A stretch of DNA of 64,000 nt, taken from Elainellaceae cyanobacterium (GTDB lineage Bacteria; Cyanobacteriota; Cyanobacteriia; CAZCXK01). The notes below the pieces were generated by a model. It did no database searches and was not told the DNA's origin. It worked only from the letters and a program-made list of their open reading frames with translations. This document shows, piece after piece, positions 48,756 through 57,849 of this stretch (position 1 is the stretch's first letter; every line of letters begins with the position of its first letter). The DNA lies in the NCBI GenBank assembly GCA_051117555.1, contig JBNPEG010000084.1:26933-90932 (forward strand). Reading direction: 5' to 3'. Both the position numbers and the translations under genes were made by a program.

Positions 48756-51700
48756 ATGCGCTCTCACCGCTTGCTTGGTTTAGTGACGTCCACAGTTCTG
48801 CTGTCGTTTGTTGTTCCGGTATCCTTGTCGCCGTCGTTTAGAGAATCAGCGGCATTAGCTCAAGAGGCGGGAGAGGGCGATCGCAAAGCCGAAGCTGATG
48901 CACTCTTTAATGGCTCAATTCAGTTTTGGCAGCGAGGCGACTATCAACAAGCGCTATCGATGCTTCAACAAGCGTTAGAGATTTATCGAGAGATTGGCGA
49001 TCGCCGTGGGGAAGGAGCCACCCTCACTGGCATTGGCGCGGTGTATCGCAATCTGGGTCAGTACTCTCAAGCCCTTGACTATTATCAGCAAGCATTAGAA
49101 ATCAATATTGAAACTGGCGATCGCCAGGGAGAAGGCACCACCCTCAACAACATTGGCGTGGTGTACGACAGTCTGGGTCAATATCAACAAGCGCTGGACT
49201 ATTACCAGCAAGCCTTAGCCATCCGAACTGACATTGGCGATCGCCGTGGAGAAGGAGTCACCCTCAACAACATTGGCGCGGTGTACGACAATCTGGGTCA
49301 GTATCAGCAAGCGCTGGACTACTATCAGCAAGCCTTAGCCATCACAACTGTCATTGGCGATCGATCCGATGAAGGGAATATCCTCGACAACATTGGCCAG
49401 GTGTATCACAATCTGGGTCAGTATCAGCAAGCGCTGGACTACTATCAGCAAGCCTTAGCTATCCGAACTGACATTGGCGATCGCCGTGGAGAAGGCACCA
49501 CCCTCAACAACATTGGCGGGGTGTACGACAGTCTGGGTCAGTATCAGCAAGCGCTGGACTACCTTCAGCGAGCCTTAGCCATCAGCATTGACATTGGCGA
49601 TCGATCTGGAGAAGGCACCACCCTCAACAACATTGGCGGGGTGTACGACAGTCTGGGTCAGTATCAGCAAGCGCTGGACTACTATCAGCAAGCCTTAGCC
49701 ATCCGAACTGACATTGGCGATCGCCGTGGAGAAAGAGTCACCCTCAGCAACATTGGTGAGGTGTATCGCAATCTCGGTCAGTATCAGCAAGCACTGGGCT
49801 ACTTTCAGCGAGCCTTAGCCATCAGCATTGACATTGGCGATCGCGCTGGAAAAGGAATAGCCCTTAATAGTATTGGCGCGGTGAGTGGCAATCTCGGTCA
49901 GTATCAGCAAGCACTGGACTACTTTCAGCGAGCCTTAGCCATCAGCATTGACATTGGCGATCGATCTGGAGAAGGCACCACCCTCAACAACATTGGCGGG
50001 GTGTACGACAGTCTGGGTCAGTATCAGCAAGCGCTGGACTACTATCAGCAAGCCTTAGCCATCCGAACCGAAGTGGGCGATCGCCGTGGAGAAGGACGGA
50101 CCCTCAACAACATTGGCTTGGTGTATCGCAAGCTGGGTGAGTATCAGCAAGCGCTGAACCACTATCAGCAAGCCTTAGCCATCCGAACTGAAGTGGGCGA
50201 TCGTTCTGGTGAAGGAGTCACCCTCAACAACATTGGCGTGGTGTACGACAGTCTGGGTCAATATCAACAAGCGCTGGACTATTACCAGCAAGCCTTAGCC
50301 ATCCGAACTGACATTGGCGATCGCGCGGGTGAAGGAACCACCTTCAACAACATCGGTGCGGTGTATCGCGATCTGGGTCAGTATCAGCAAGCGCTGGACT
50401 ATTATCAGCAAGCCTTAGCCATCACAACTGTCATTGGCGATCGCCGTGGAGAAGGACGGACCCTCAACAACATTGGCTTGGTGTACGACAGTCTGGGTGA
50501 GTATCAGCAAGCGCTGGACTATTACCAGCAAGCCTTAGTCATCATCACTGACATTGGCGATCGCGCGGGTGAAGGAGCCACCCTCAACAACATTGGTTAT
50601 ACGCTAGAGTCGCTTGGTCAGTCTGAATTAGCAATTGTTTTTCTCAAAGAATCCGTCAACCAGTGGGAAGAAATTCGCGGTGACATTCGCGGACTTTCCA
50701 TTGAACAGCAGCAGTCTTTTGCAGACAGCATTTCATCCAGCTATCGTCGTCTCGCCGACCTCCTCCTGCAAGCCGATCGCGTCCTCGAAGCCCAACGAGT
50801 CCTTGACCTGCTCAAAGTCCAAGAGCTTGACGAATACTTGCAAGATGTCCAGCGCAGTGCCCAAACCGAAGACGGAGTTCCACTATCTAATCCTGAAGTA
50901 CAAATTCAAGAGCGTCAGCAAGCTATTACCAATCGAGCCGTTGCCATTGGTGAAGAACTGGCTCAACTCCGTCAAATCGAGCCTGAAAATCGCACGCCAG
51001 AGCAGATGGCTCGCATCACCGAACTAGAAGCAATGCAGGCTGAAGTCATTGCCGAGTTTGAAGACTTTATCTACAGTGATGAAATCCAGGCACTGGTGGC
51101 TCAGCTTACCCGCGAGACTCGTCCCCAAGATTTGGTCAATGAACTCGATGAACTGATCACTATTCAAGACAACCTCCGCGCCCTCGAACAAAACGCAGTG
51201 TTGCTCTATCCGTTGATTCTCGACGATCGCATTGAACTTGTGCTCGTAACGCCTAACAGTCCACCAGCCCGCTATCCCATCAACGTCAGCCGCAGCGAAC
51301 TCAATGCCGCCATCGTCGAGTTTCGACAGGCATTAGAAACACCCACTAGCAATCCAGAAGCGATCGCCCAACAGCTCTACAACTGGCTGATTCAACCCCT
51401 CGCATCAGACCTCGAAGCCATCAACGCCGAAACCATCATCTACGCTCCTGATGGCGTACTGCGCTACGTGCCCCTAGCCGCTCTGCATGATGGCGATCGC
51501 TGGTTAGCCGAACGCTTTCGCGTCAACCACATCACCGCCGCCAGCCTCACCAATCTCAACCTACAGCCAGCCGCTCAGCCTGACATTTTAGCGGCTGCCT
51601 TTAGCGAAGGCTCCGTTGAATTTCAAGTGGGCGATCGCAACTTTGCCTTTGATGGGTTGCCCTATGCAGGTCAAGAAGTCGAAAACTTGGTCGCGGCGTT

Positions 51701-52295
51701 TCCTGGAACCACCAAGCTAATGGACGAAGACTTTAGCCCCACCGCAACCGTGGGCATCATGGATGACCACACCATCGTCCACCTGGCAACCCACGCCGAA
51801 TTTGTGCAAGGCACTCCTGCCGAGTCATTCATCGTGTTTGGCAATGGCGATCGCGTCACCCTCGAAGAAATTAAGCAGTGGCGAGGTCGCTTTCGGCAGA
51901 TTGATTTGATTGTGCTAAGTGCCTGTGAGACAGGTCTAGGAGAAAGCTTGGGTAACGGGGAGGAAATTCTCGGCTTTGGCTACCTAATGCAGCGGGCAGG
52001 CGCACGAGCGGCGATCGCGTCTCTCTGGGCTGTGAGCGACGGAGGCACTCAAAACCTAATGGATGCCTTCTACACTGCTATTCTCAATGGCTACAGCAAA
52101 ACCGAAGCCTTGCAACGAGCGCAAGTGGCTCTAATCCGCAATGACGCATCGGTGTTAGAACCATCCCAGCGAGGCATTCAGCTCGAATCCACCGAAACAG
52201 GTGAACCCTTGGAAATTCAGAGCAGATCCCTGCAAGGACGCCTCGGTCATCCCTACTATTGGGCTCCCTTCATCCTCATCGGTAACGGACTATGA
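48756..52295 (+). CDS. signal peptide + long TPR array + CHAT protease
   Basis: About 14 near-identical 120-bp TPR units; HLATHA and LSACETG. Confidence 0.93.
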   Translation: MRSHRLLGLVTSTVLLSFVVPVSLSPSFRESAALAQEAGEGDRKAEADALFNGSIQFWQRGDYQQALSMLQQALEIYREIGDRRGEGATLTGIGAVYRNLGQYSQALDYYQQALEINIETGDRQGEGTTLNNIGVVYDSLGQYQQALDYYQQALAIRTDIGDRRGEGVTLNNIGAVYDNLGQYQQALDYYQQALAITTVIGDRSDEGNILDNIGQVYHNLGQYQQALDYYQQALAIRTDIGDRRGEGTTLNNIGGVYDSLGQYQQALDYLQRALAISIDIGDRSGEGTTLNNIGGVYDSLGQYQQALDYYQQALAIRTDIGDRRGERVTLSNIGEVYRNLGQYQQALGYFQRALAISIDIGDRAGKGIALNSIGAVSGNLGQYQQALDYFQRALAISIDIGDRSGEGTTLNNIGGVYDSLGQYQQALDYYQQALAIRTEVGDRRGEGRTLNNIGLVYRKLGEYQQALNHYQQALAIRTEVGDRSGEGVTLNNIGVVYDSLGQYQQALDYYQQALAIRTDIGDRAGEGTTFNNIGAVYRDLGQYQQALDYYQQALAITTVIGDRRGEGRTLNNIGLVYDSLGEYQQALDYYQQALVIITDIGDRAGEGATLNNIGYTLESLGQSELAIVFLKESVNQWEEIRGDIRGLSIEQQQSFADSISSSYRRLADLLLQADRVLEAQRVLDLLKVQELDEYLQDVQRSAQTEDGVPLSNPEVQIQERQQAITNRAVAIGEELAQLRQIEPENRTPEQMARITELEAMQAEVIAEFEDFIYSDEIQALVAQLTRETRPQDLVNELDELITIQDNLRALEQNAVLLYPLILDDRIELVLVTPNSPPARYPINVSRSELNAAIVEFRQALETPTSNPEAIAQQLYNWLIQPLASDLEAINAETIIYAPDGVLRYVPLAALHDGDRWLAERFRVNHITAASLTNLNLQPAAQPDILAAAFSEGSVEFQVGDRNFAFDGLPYAGQEVENLVAAFPGTTKLMDEDFSPTATVGIMDDHTIVHLATHAEFVQGTPAESFIVFGNGDRVTLEEIKQWRGRFRQIDLIVLSACETGLGESLGNGEEILGFGYLMQRAGARAAIASLWAVSDGGTQNLMDAFYTAILNGYSKTEALQRAQVALIRNDASVLEPSQRGIQLESTETGEPLEIQSRSLQGRLGHPYYWAPFILIGNGL

Positions 52296-52306
52296 AATCT
52301 AATTTT

Positions 52307-52334
52307 TTCCATACCTGGAATTTCTTTAGAGATA
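52307..52334 (+). promoter_or_regulatory. TTCCATA-N14-AGAGATA motif upstream of the caspase
   Basis: TTCCATA cctggaatttcttt AGAGATA. Confidence 0.7.
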
Positions 52335-52354
52335 AGTCGTGTCAGAGAGACGCA

Positions 52355-52830
52355 GTAGAGGAGTGGAGGGGTAGATGGGTGGAGGGGTAGATGGGTGGAG
52401 GGGTAAAGATGAGAGCATTTAGGTCTCGTGTGAGTGCGACCGTCCTTGGTCGCGTGTGCCCTAACCGTGTGGGGATGTGAGCGAGACGCTATGCTCCGCA
52501 TTGCCAGGGCAAACGCACTTAACTACACAAAATTCGGAACACTCTCTAAAAATATCTGACGTTGCGAAATTGATGAATGATAGAGAAACCATTAGCTCAC
52601 CAACCACCCGTTGTACGGGCATGACAATGTCATGCCCCTCCGAAAATCATTCGCCGATGAGCAATGCCAAATATCTTTACCCATCCACTCTCCCACTCAT
52701 CTACTCATCCACTCTCCCATTCATCTACTCATCCGCCCATCCATTCTCCCACTCATCCATTCTCCCACCCATCCATTCTCCCACCCATCCATTCTCCCAC
52801 CCATCCATTCTCCCACTCATCCACTCTCTC
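52355..52830. repeat. inverted short-tandem-repeat tracts flanking hairpins
   Basis: G-rich tract (GGGTAGAT/GGGTGGAG) at 52355-52405 and complementary C-rich tract (CCCATCCA) at 52678-52830. Confidence 0.75.
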
Positions 52831-52865
52831 GCTCACAGCTAACAAACCTAAACGAACCTCTAACT

Positions 52866-55160
52866 ATGTCTAAAATCAATCGTCGTCAATTTTTACAATT
52901 TACTGGGTCTGCCCTCACCGCCGTTGGTCTGAGTCAATTTGATCTGATTCGGCAGAGCGATCGCTATGCCCGTGTGCTAGCTCAAGATACGCCTCGAAAG
53001 CTGGCTCTCCTAGTTGGGATTAATGACTATTCCAGAGAACGAGCGGGCTGGAACCCTCTCAGGGGATGCGTCAACGACGTGCTCATGCAGGAAGAACTGC
53101 TGGTACATCGCTTTGGCTTTAATCGCAGTGATATTGTCAAATTGACCAATAGCGAAGCAACCCGCGGCAATATCATCACTGCGTTTGAAGAACATTTGAT
53201 TGATCAAGCAAAGCCTGGAGATGTTGTCGTCTTTCACTATTCGGGGCATGGCTCTCGCGTGGTCGATCCAAACCCTTTAAGCACTGACCCACTCAATAGC
53301 ACCTTTGTCCCCATCGATAGTCCTTTACCGGACGGGTACGACAGTAGACGCGTCGAAGTTAACGACATCATGGGCCAGACCTTGTTTTTGCTGATGCTGT
53401 CGCTGCAAACAGAGATGGTGACTGCCGTATTAGATAGCTGCCACTCTGGAGGCGGCAAGCGGGGCGTGCTGACCATGCGAGCACGGGATGGAGCTAATGT
53501 ATTTGCTAATATCCATCCCAGTCAAGCAGAACTCGACACTCAAGAACGGCTGCGATCGCGCTTAGGCTTGTCAGACACAGAGGTGGCAGCGCTTCGAGAA
53601 CAAAATATTGCTAAAGGCGTCGTAATTGCTTCGGCTACAAAAAACCAACTGGCAGCAGATGCATCATTCAGCGGCTTCTATGCAGGTGCCTTTTCCTACT
53701 TGATGACACAATATCTGTGGCAGCAAACTATTAATGAGCCTATAGAAAGTACTGTCGCTAACATCAGCCGGATTACTCGTAATGTTTCCAATGACATTTC
53801 GCGGTTGGTGCAAGAGCCGGAGTTTGAGCAAAATCTTCCGACCGAATTGACCAACTCACCGATCTATTTCATTTCTCGCCAAACGCCAGCAGCTGAGGCT
53901 GTAATTACCAGCGTTGGAGAGGGCGATCGCCTCGGTGTTTGGCTAGGGGGAATCAGTCCCAGTGGTCTTGTGGCTATTGATGATGCCATATTCCTGGCAC
54001 TGGATGAAGCGGGACAAGAACTGGGGCAAGTACAAATCGTATCCAGAGATGGGCTAAGTGCAGAAGCCCAGTTAATTGAGGGGTCACGTTCTATCCCTCG
54101 ATCAGGAGTGTTTTTGCAGGAAGAAATTACTGGTGTTCCTGAAGATCTCAGGCTAAAGGTCGGGCTTGATCCGGCTTTAGGAGATGAGATGGCGATCGCA
54201 GACCAGGCACTATCTGCTATTTCTCGCTTAGACGTGAAGCCTCCCGATGTCGGTGATGTAGACTATCTGTTTGGCCGCATGACATCGGCTTATCAGTCAC
54301 AGCAAAGCCAACTAGTGAATGAAATTCCGCCAGAAGGCAGTCTGGGGCTATTTCTTCCAGGACAAGACGTGCTGAAAGGTTCATTTGGAGAGCCTGGAGA
54401 ATCGGTGAGTGATGCAGTAAATCGACTCCGCTCCAAATTCAGCGTACTGCTGGCTTCTCGGCTGTTAAAAGTGCTAGTCAATCCAGGGTCATCGCGGCTT
54501 AATGTGGTCGCTTCAATGCGCCCCGTAGGAACCGATGGAATTATGGCAACGGCTGAGACGTTGACGGTAAGGGGGCAACGGAGTATCCAAGAAGATGACA
54601 GCGCTACTCCAGTAGTACCACCGACTGATCTTCCTATCGATGCTAGCCGCTTGCCATTGGGAACTGTCGTCGAACTTGAAGTAAAAAACAATGAGGATGA
54701 AGAACTATACGTCAGCATTATCGTGATTGATGCAGAAGGAAACTTGGTTTTGCTGTTTCCCACCAACTGGGATGCACCGATCGCGGCATCTCTCGTTGAT
54801 GCTGGGGAAACGCTTCGGGTCCCTGATCCCAGTCGAGATAATTTTAGATTGCGATTGGTCGAACCTACTGGCATTGTGGAGGTTTTGGTGATTGCCAGCA
54901 AGTTTGAACTCCGGGATACGCTACGTGCCCTAGGAGATATTGCACTGACTAGAGGAGTGTCGCGGGGTAGCGCATTGGCAGGAGGGGAAGAATTTTTGGA
55001 TGTGGCTGATTCACTACTGCGTGATCTCGATAGTGGCACTCGCGGTACCCGTAGCGTCGCTCAAGAATATATTGGGCCAAATACGCGAGGGATCAGCAGC
55101 AACAGTCTAGCCGCATTCTCGATCGCATTTGAGCTGTATGATCCAGCGCAAGAAGCATAA
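52866..55160 (+). CDS. Tat-exported caspase-family (C14, meta/orthocaspase-like) protease with a DUF4384-like C-terminal domain
   Basis: MSKINRRQFLQ twin-Arg signal; KLALLVGINDY, HYSGHG, LDSCHSG; LYVSIIVIDAEG..LLFP. Confidence 0.9.
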   Translation: MSKINRRQFLQFTGSALTAVGLSQFDLIRQSDRYARVLAQDTPRKLALLVGINDYSRERAGWNPLRGCVNDVLMQEELLVHRFGFNRSDIVKLTNSEATRGNIITAFEEHLIDQAKPGDVVVFHYSGHGSRVVDPNPLSTDPLNSTFVPIDSPLPDGYDSRRVEVNDIMGQTLFLLMLSLQTEMVTAVLDSCHSGGGKRGVLTMRARDGANVFANIHPSQAELDTQERLRSRLGLSDTEVAALREQNIAKGVVIASATKNQLAADASFSGFYAGAFSYLMTQYLWQQTINEPIESTVANISRITRNVSNDISRLVQEPEFEQNLPTELTNSPIYFISRQTPAAEAVITSVGEGDRLGVWLGGISPSGLVAIDDAIFLALDEAGQELGQVQIVSRDGLSAEAQLIEGSRSIPRSGVFLQEEITGVPEDLRLKVGLDPALGDEMAIADQALSAISRLDVKPPDVGDVDYLFGRMTSAYQSQQSQLVNEIPPEGSLGLFLPGQDVLKGSFGEPGESVSDAVNRLRSKFSVLLASRLLKVLVNPGSSRLNVVASMRPVGTDGIMATAETLTVRGQRSIQEDDSATPVVPPTDLPIDASRLPLGTVVELEVKNNEDEELYVSIIVIDAEGNLVLLFPTNWDAPIAASLVDAGETLRVPDPSRDNFRLRLVEPTGIVEVLVIASKFELRDTLRALGDIALTRGVSRGSALAGGEEFLDVADSLLRDLDSGTRGTRSVAQEYIGPNTRGISSNSLAAFSIAFELYDPAQEA

Positions 55161-55230
55161 AACATGATAACGGCGATCGCCCTTTTCTGACGGATGTCTT
55201 GATTTTTCACGATTTAGCCCAAATCTCTAT

Positions 55231-56241
55231 GTGTTTGCTATGAACTGGACTTCTAAGCTCTCAAAATTTACCTTATCCCTGATACTAGGAGCGGCAATTT
55301 CCCTCCTCTTAAGCATCAGTGCAAACCTGCTACCCACCCCCGCTTCAGCACAGTTCCAACCCACATCTGTCCCTGACCTGCCTGCTGCCTCAACTGCTCC
55401 CAGCAGTTTGGCAGACTTGAATTTTGCTGTGGAGATTGACGCTTTCGTCCCTCCTGAATTGCCCCAGTCTGACAGTCCGGTGGAAGGAGGGCGGGGTATC
55501 ATTGGCCCAGACAATCGCCTGCCGATGACTAGCAGTGCTTATCCCTGGTCGGCTATTGGTCGCATCTTGAGCCTTACTCCTCTGGGAGATGAGCAGTTTG
55601 CGGTTTCTGCCTGCACTGGAACCCTGATTCAGATTGATATGGTGCTCACTAATGCCCATTGCGTGGTCGATCCGGCAACCCATGAATTTAAGCAGAGCGT
55701 CTACTTCCAGCCCAATCTGGTAAATGGTCAGCTTCAGAACGAGGAGGATTTGGCGATCGCCACCACCGTCTGGGCAGCCACCGATTTTCGAGAGGATAAC
55801 ATACCACCCAATGCTGATGATTGGGCGTTGCTCAAACTCGATAAACCCCTCGGTGATACCTATGGCACGATCGAGTGGAGGCCATTACCTCTGGAAACGC
55901 TGGTCGAAGAATACCAGGAAAAACTTATCTTAGCCGGGTATTCTGGCGATTTCCCTGCTGACAATCCTGGCGAAACAGCGGGTGTCCATGAAGGGTGCAG
56001 TATTTTTGGAGACTATGAAGACAGCGTAATTCACGACTATGACACTACAAGCGGCGCGTCAGGTGGGCCAATTTTGGCAGAGGTAGATAGCAAGATGCGC
56101 ATTTTGGCTGTCAATTCAGCCGAACAAACTGAACTACTCACTCAAGAAGGACATTCTGAACCTCGTCGGGTTGGTGTGGTGAATTATGCTGTTCAAATTT
56201 CTCGTATCGTAGAGACTCTCGTGGCTCAACAAGGACGTTAG
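55231..56241 (+). CDS. secreted trypsin-like serine protease
   Basis: TNAHC, DWAL and GASGGP; Tyr replaces the Cys of HDCD/HECD seen in the paralogs. Confidence 0.9.
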   Translation: MFAMNWTSKLSKFTLSLILGAAISLLLSISANLLPTPASAQFQPTSVPDLPAASTAPSSLADLNFAVEIDAFVPPELPQSDSPVEGGRGIIGPDNRLPMTSSAYPWSAIGRILSLTPLGDEQFAVSACTGTLIQIDMVLTNAHCVVDPATHEFKQSVYFQPNLVNGQLQNEEDLAIATTVWAATDFREDNIPPNADDWALLKLDKPLGDTYGTIEWRPLPLETLVEEYQEKLILAGYSGDFPADNPGETAGVHEGCSIFGDYEDSVIHDYDTTSGASGGPILAEVDSKMRILAVNSAEQTELLTQEGHSEPRRVGVVNYAVQISRIVETLVAQQGR

Positions 56242-56430
56242 TTGTGGGTTTGGCAAAAGCCCACGTTTGTCCTGAGAATGTGTGGAAGCGATCGCCTCTT
56301 TGAAAGCAGACGTGGAAAAATCCTAGTTTTCTTGACTATGGCGATGGCCTTTGATCCCCCGCTGAATGGTGCATGAGCTACCGTTTAATTGTGCTTATGA
56401 AATTTTAAAGTTTATCCTTATCTCAACACC

Positions 56431-56706
56431 ATGACTCGACTCAAACAGCGATTTCAAAGTTTTGAGGAATACCTGTCTTATGAGGATGAGACAGATGACC
56501 TCTATGAGCTATTTAATGGGGAATTGATTGCGGTGCCACCTGAATCTGGCTTGAATGTTGAGATTGCCAATTTTCTATTTGCAACGCTGTTGCCGATTGT
56601 CGGCTACCGCCGCCTCAGAGGCCACAGACTAGAACTCGAAGTTCGAGGAGAACCGAGAAACCGTTATCCTGATCTGACTGTGATTCAGGAAAAACATATT
56701 GAGCAG
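56431..56706 (+). pseudogene. Uma2 endonuclease, 3'-truncated
   Basis: FEEYL, YELFNGELIAVPPES, RYPDLTV, then an abrupt switch to CHAT sequence. Confidence 0.8.
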
Positions 56707-56707
56707 T

Positions 56708-57061
56708 CTCACCGCCCTAGAAGCCTATAACTTGAACCTCTATGGCACTGAACTGGTCGTCCTCTCTGCCTGCGAAACAGGCGTCGGTTCCATCAACATC
56801 GGCGAAGGCGTCTATGGATTACGTCGTGCTTTTGTGATTGCCGGAGCTGAGAGTTTGATGATGAGCCTCTGGCAAGTGAGCGATCACGGCACAGCAGACT
56901 TGATGACCCGCTACTATCAACGGTTACTAGAGGGTGAAGGGCGTAGTACAGCACTGCGTGACACTCAGCTTGAGCTGATGCAAACCCCTAGATATGAGCA
57001 TCCCTACTACTGGGCATCATTCATCTTCTCGGGAGAATGGGCACCGATGGGAGATAGGTAG
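56708..57061 (+). pseudogene. CHAT C-terminal remnant of the 18207 subtype
   Basis: LTALEAYNLNLYGTELVVLSACETG...HPYYWASFIFSGEW. Confidence 0.85.
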
Positions 57062-57064
57062 GAC

Positions 57065-57646
57065 TCAAGTCAATTGCGATGATGAGAAGAACTGGCCAAC
57101 TGGAGCAGCAAATCCATCAAGAACTGGGCTGGTCAGTTCATCATGGATATAAAGCACCATTGCTAACTTCAAGATCCCTTGATCGCGCTGATAAACTTCC
57201 AAAGCCTGCTGTTCACGATTGACGATCCAGTACTCCAAGACTCCATAACTAGAATAAAGCTTTAGCTTCAATTCTCTATCACGTCGCTGATTTCTCTCAC
57301 CTGGAGACAACACCTCCACAACCAGTTCAGGGGCAGCAACTAGATGACCTGCTTCATCCAGCATGGTTGCCAGACGGTCATGGCTAGCCCACACCACATC
57401 TGGAATGACGCTATCTGCTTCGGAGAACACTAAGCCTGGATTAATCGCGGCTTCACCTAGACCACTTTCCATTGACCAACGTTCGAGTGCCATGCCAATT
57501 CGGACTGCAACATTCTGATGCTTCCAGTGGGGAGCCCTCGTCACAAACAACTCTCCATCAATGATTTCATAGCGTCGCCCATCGTCAGGGAGAAGCTCCA
57601 AATCTGAGGTCGTCCATCGAATTGTGTCAGTAGTTTGGCGAGACAT
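57065..57646 (-). CDS. Uma2 family endonuclease
   Basis: RYEIIDGEL, PDVVW, APELVVEVLSPG, EYWIV. Confidence 0.92.
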   Translation of the reverse strand: MSRQTTDTIRWTTSDLELLPDDGRRYEIIDGELFVTRAPHWKHQNVAVRIGMALERWSMESGLGEAAINPGLVFSEADSVIPDVVWASHDRLATMLDEAGHLVAAPELVVEVLSPGERNQRRDRELKLKLYSSYGVLEYWIVNREQQALEVYQRDQGILKLAMVLYIHDELTSPVLDGFAAPVGQFFSSSQLT

Positions 57647-57849
57647 GGGTAACTTCTCACTAGACGTGACTCGAACAGCTCGGCTCTCACAGAATAGGGA
57701 CGCGATCGCTCCTCATTCTTCTTCACTATTAACACAACAAAGCAGAATTCATTATTTATGAATGGCACGATGGTGTTGAGTAAGGAGATAATGCAATCGA
57801 GTAATAGGATCAGAATATCAGGCACCCGCAAGACAAAATGTAATTCAGC

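Noticed and set aside
48756..50600. Diversity-generating retroelement template and variable repeats
   Set aside because: No reverse transcriptase in the window, and repeat differences do not appear adenine-specific
3400..52295. Craspase (type III-E) or gasdermin-associated CHAT system
   Set aside because: No Cas7-11, CRISPR array or recognisable gasdermin, and these CHAT proteins carry export signals
52611..52865. His/Pro/Ser-rich N-terminal extension of the caspase and overlapping ORFs
   Set aside because: Translation of a short tandem repeat; the twin-Arg signal places the start at 52866
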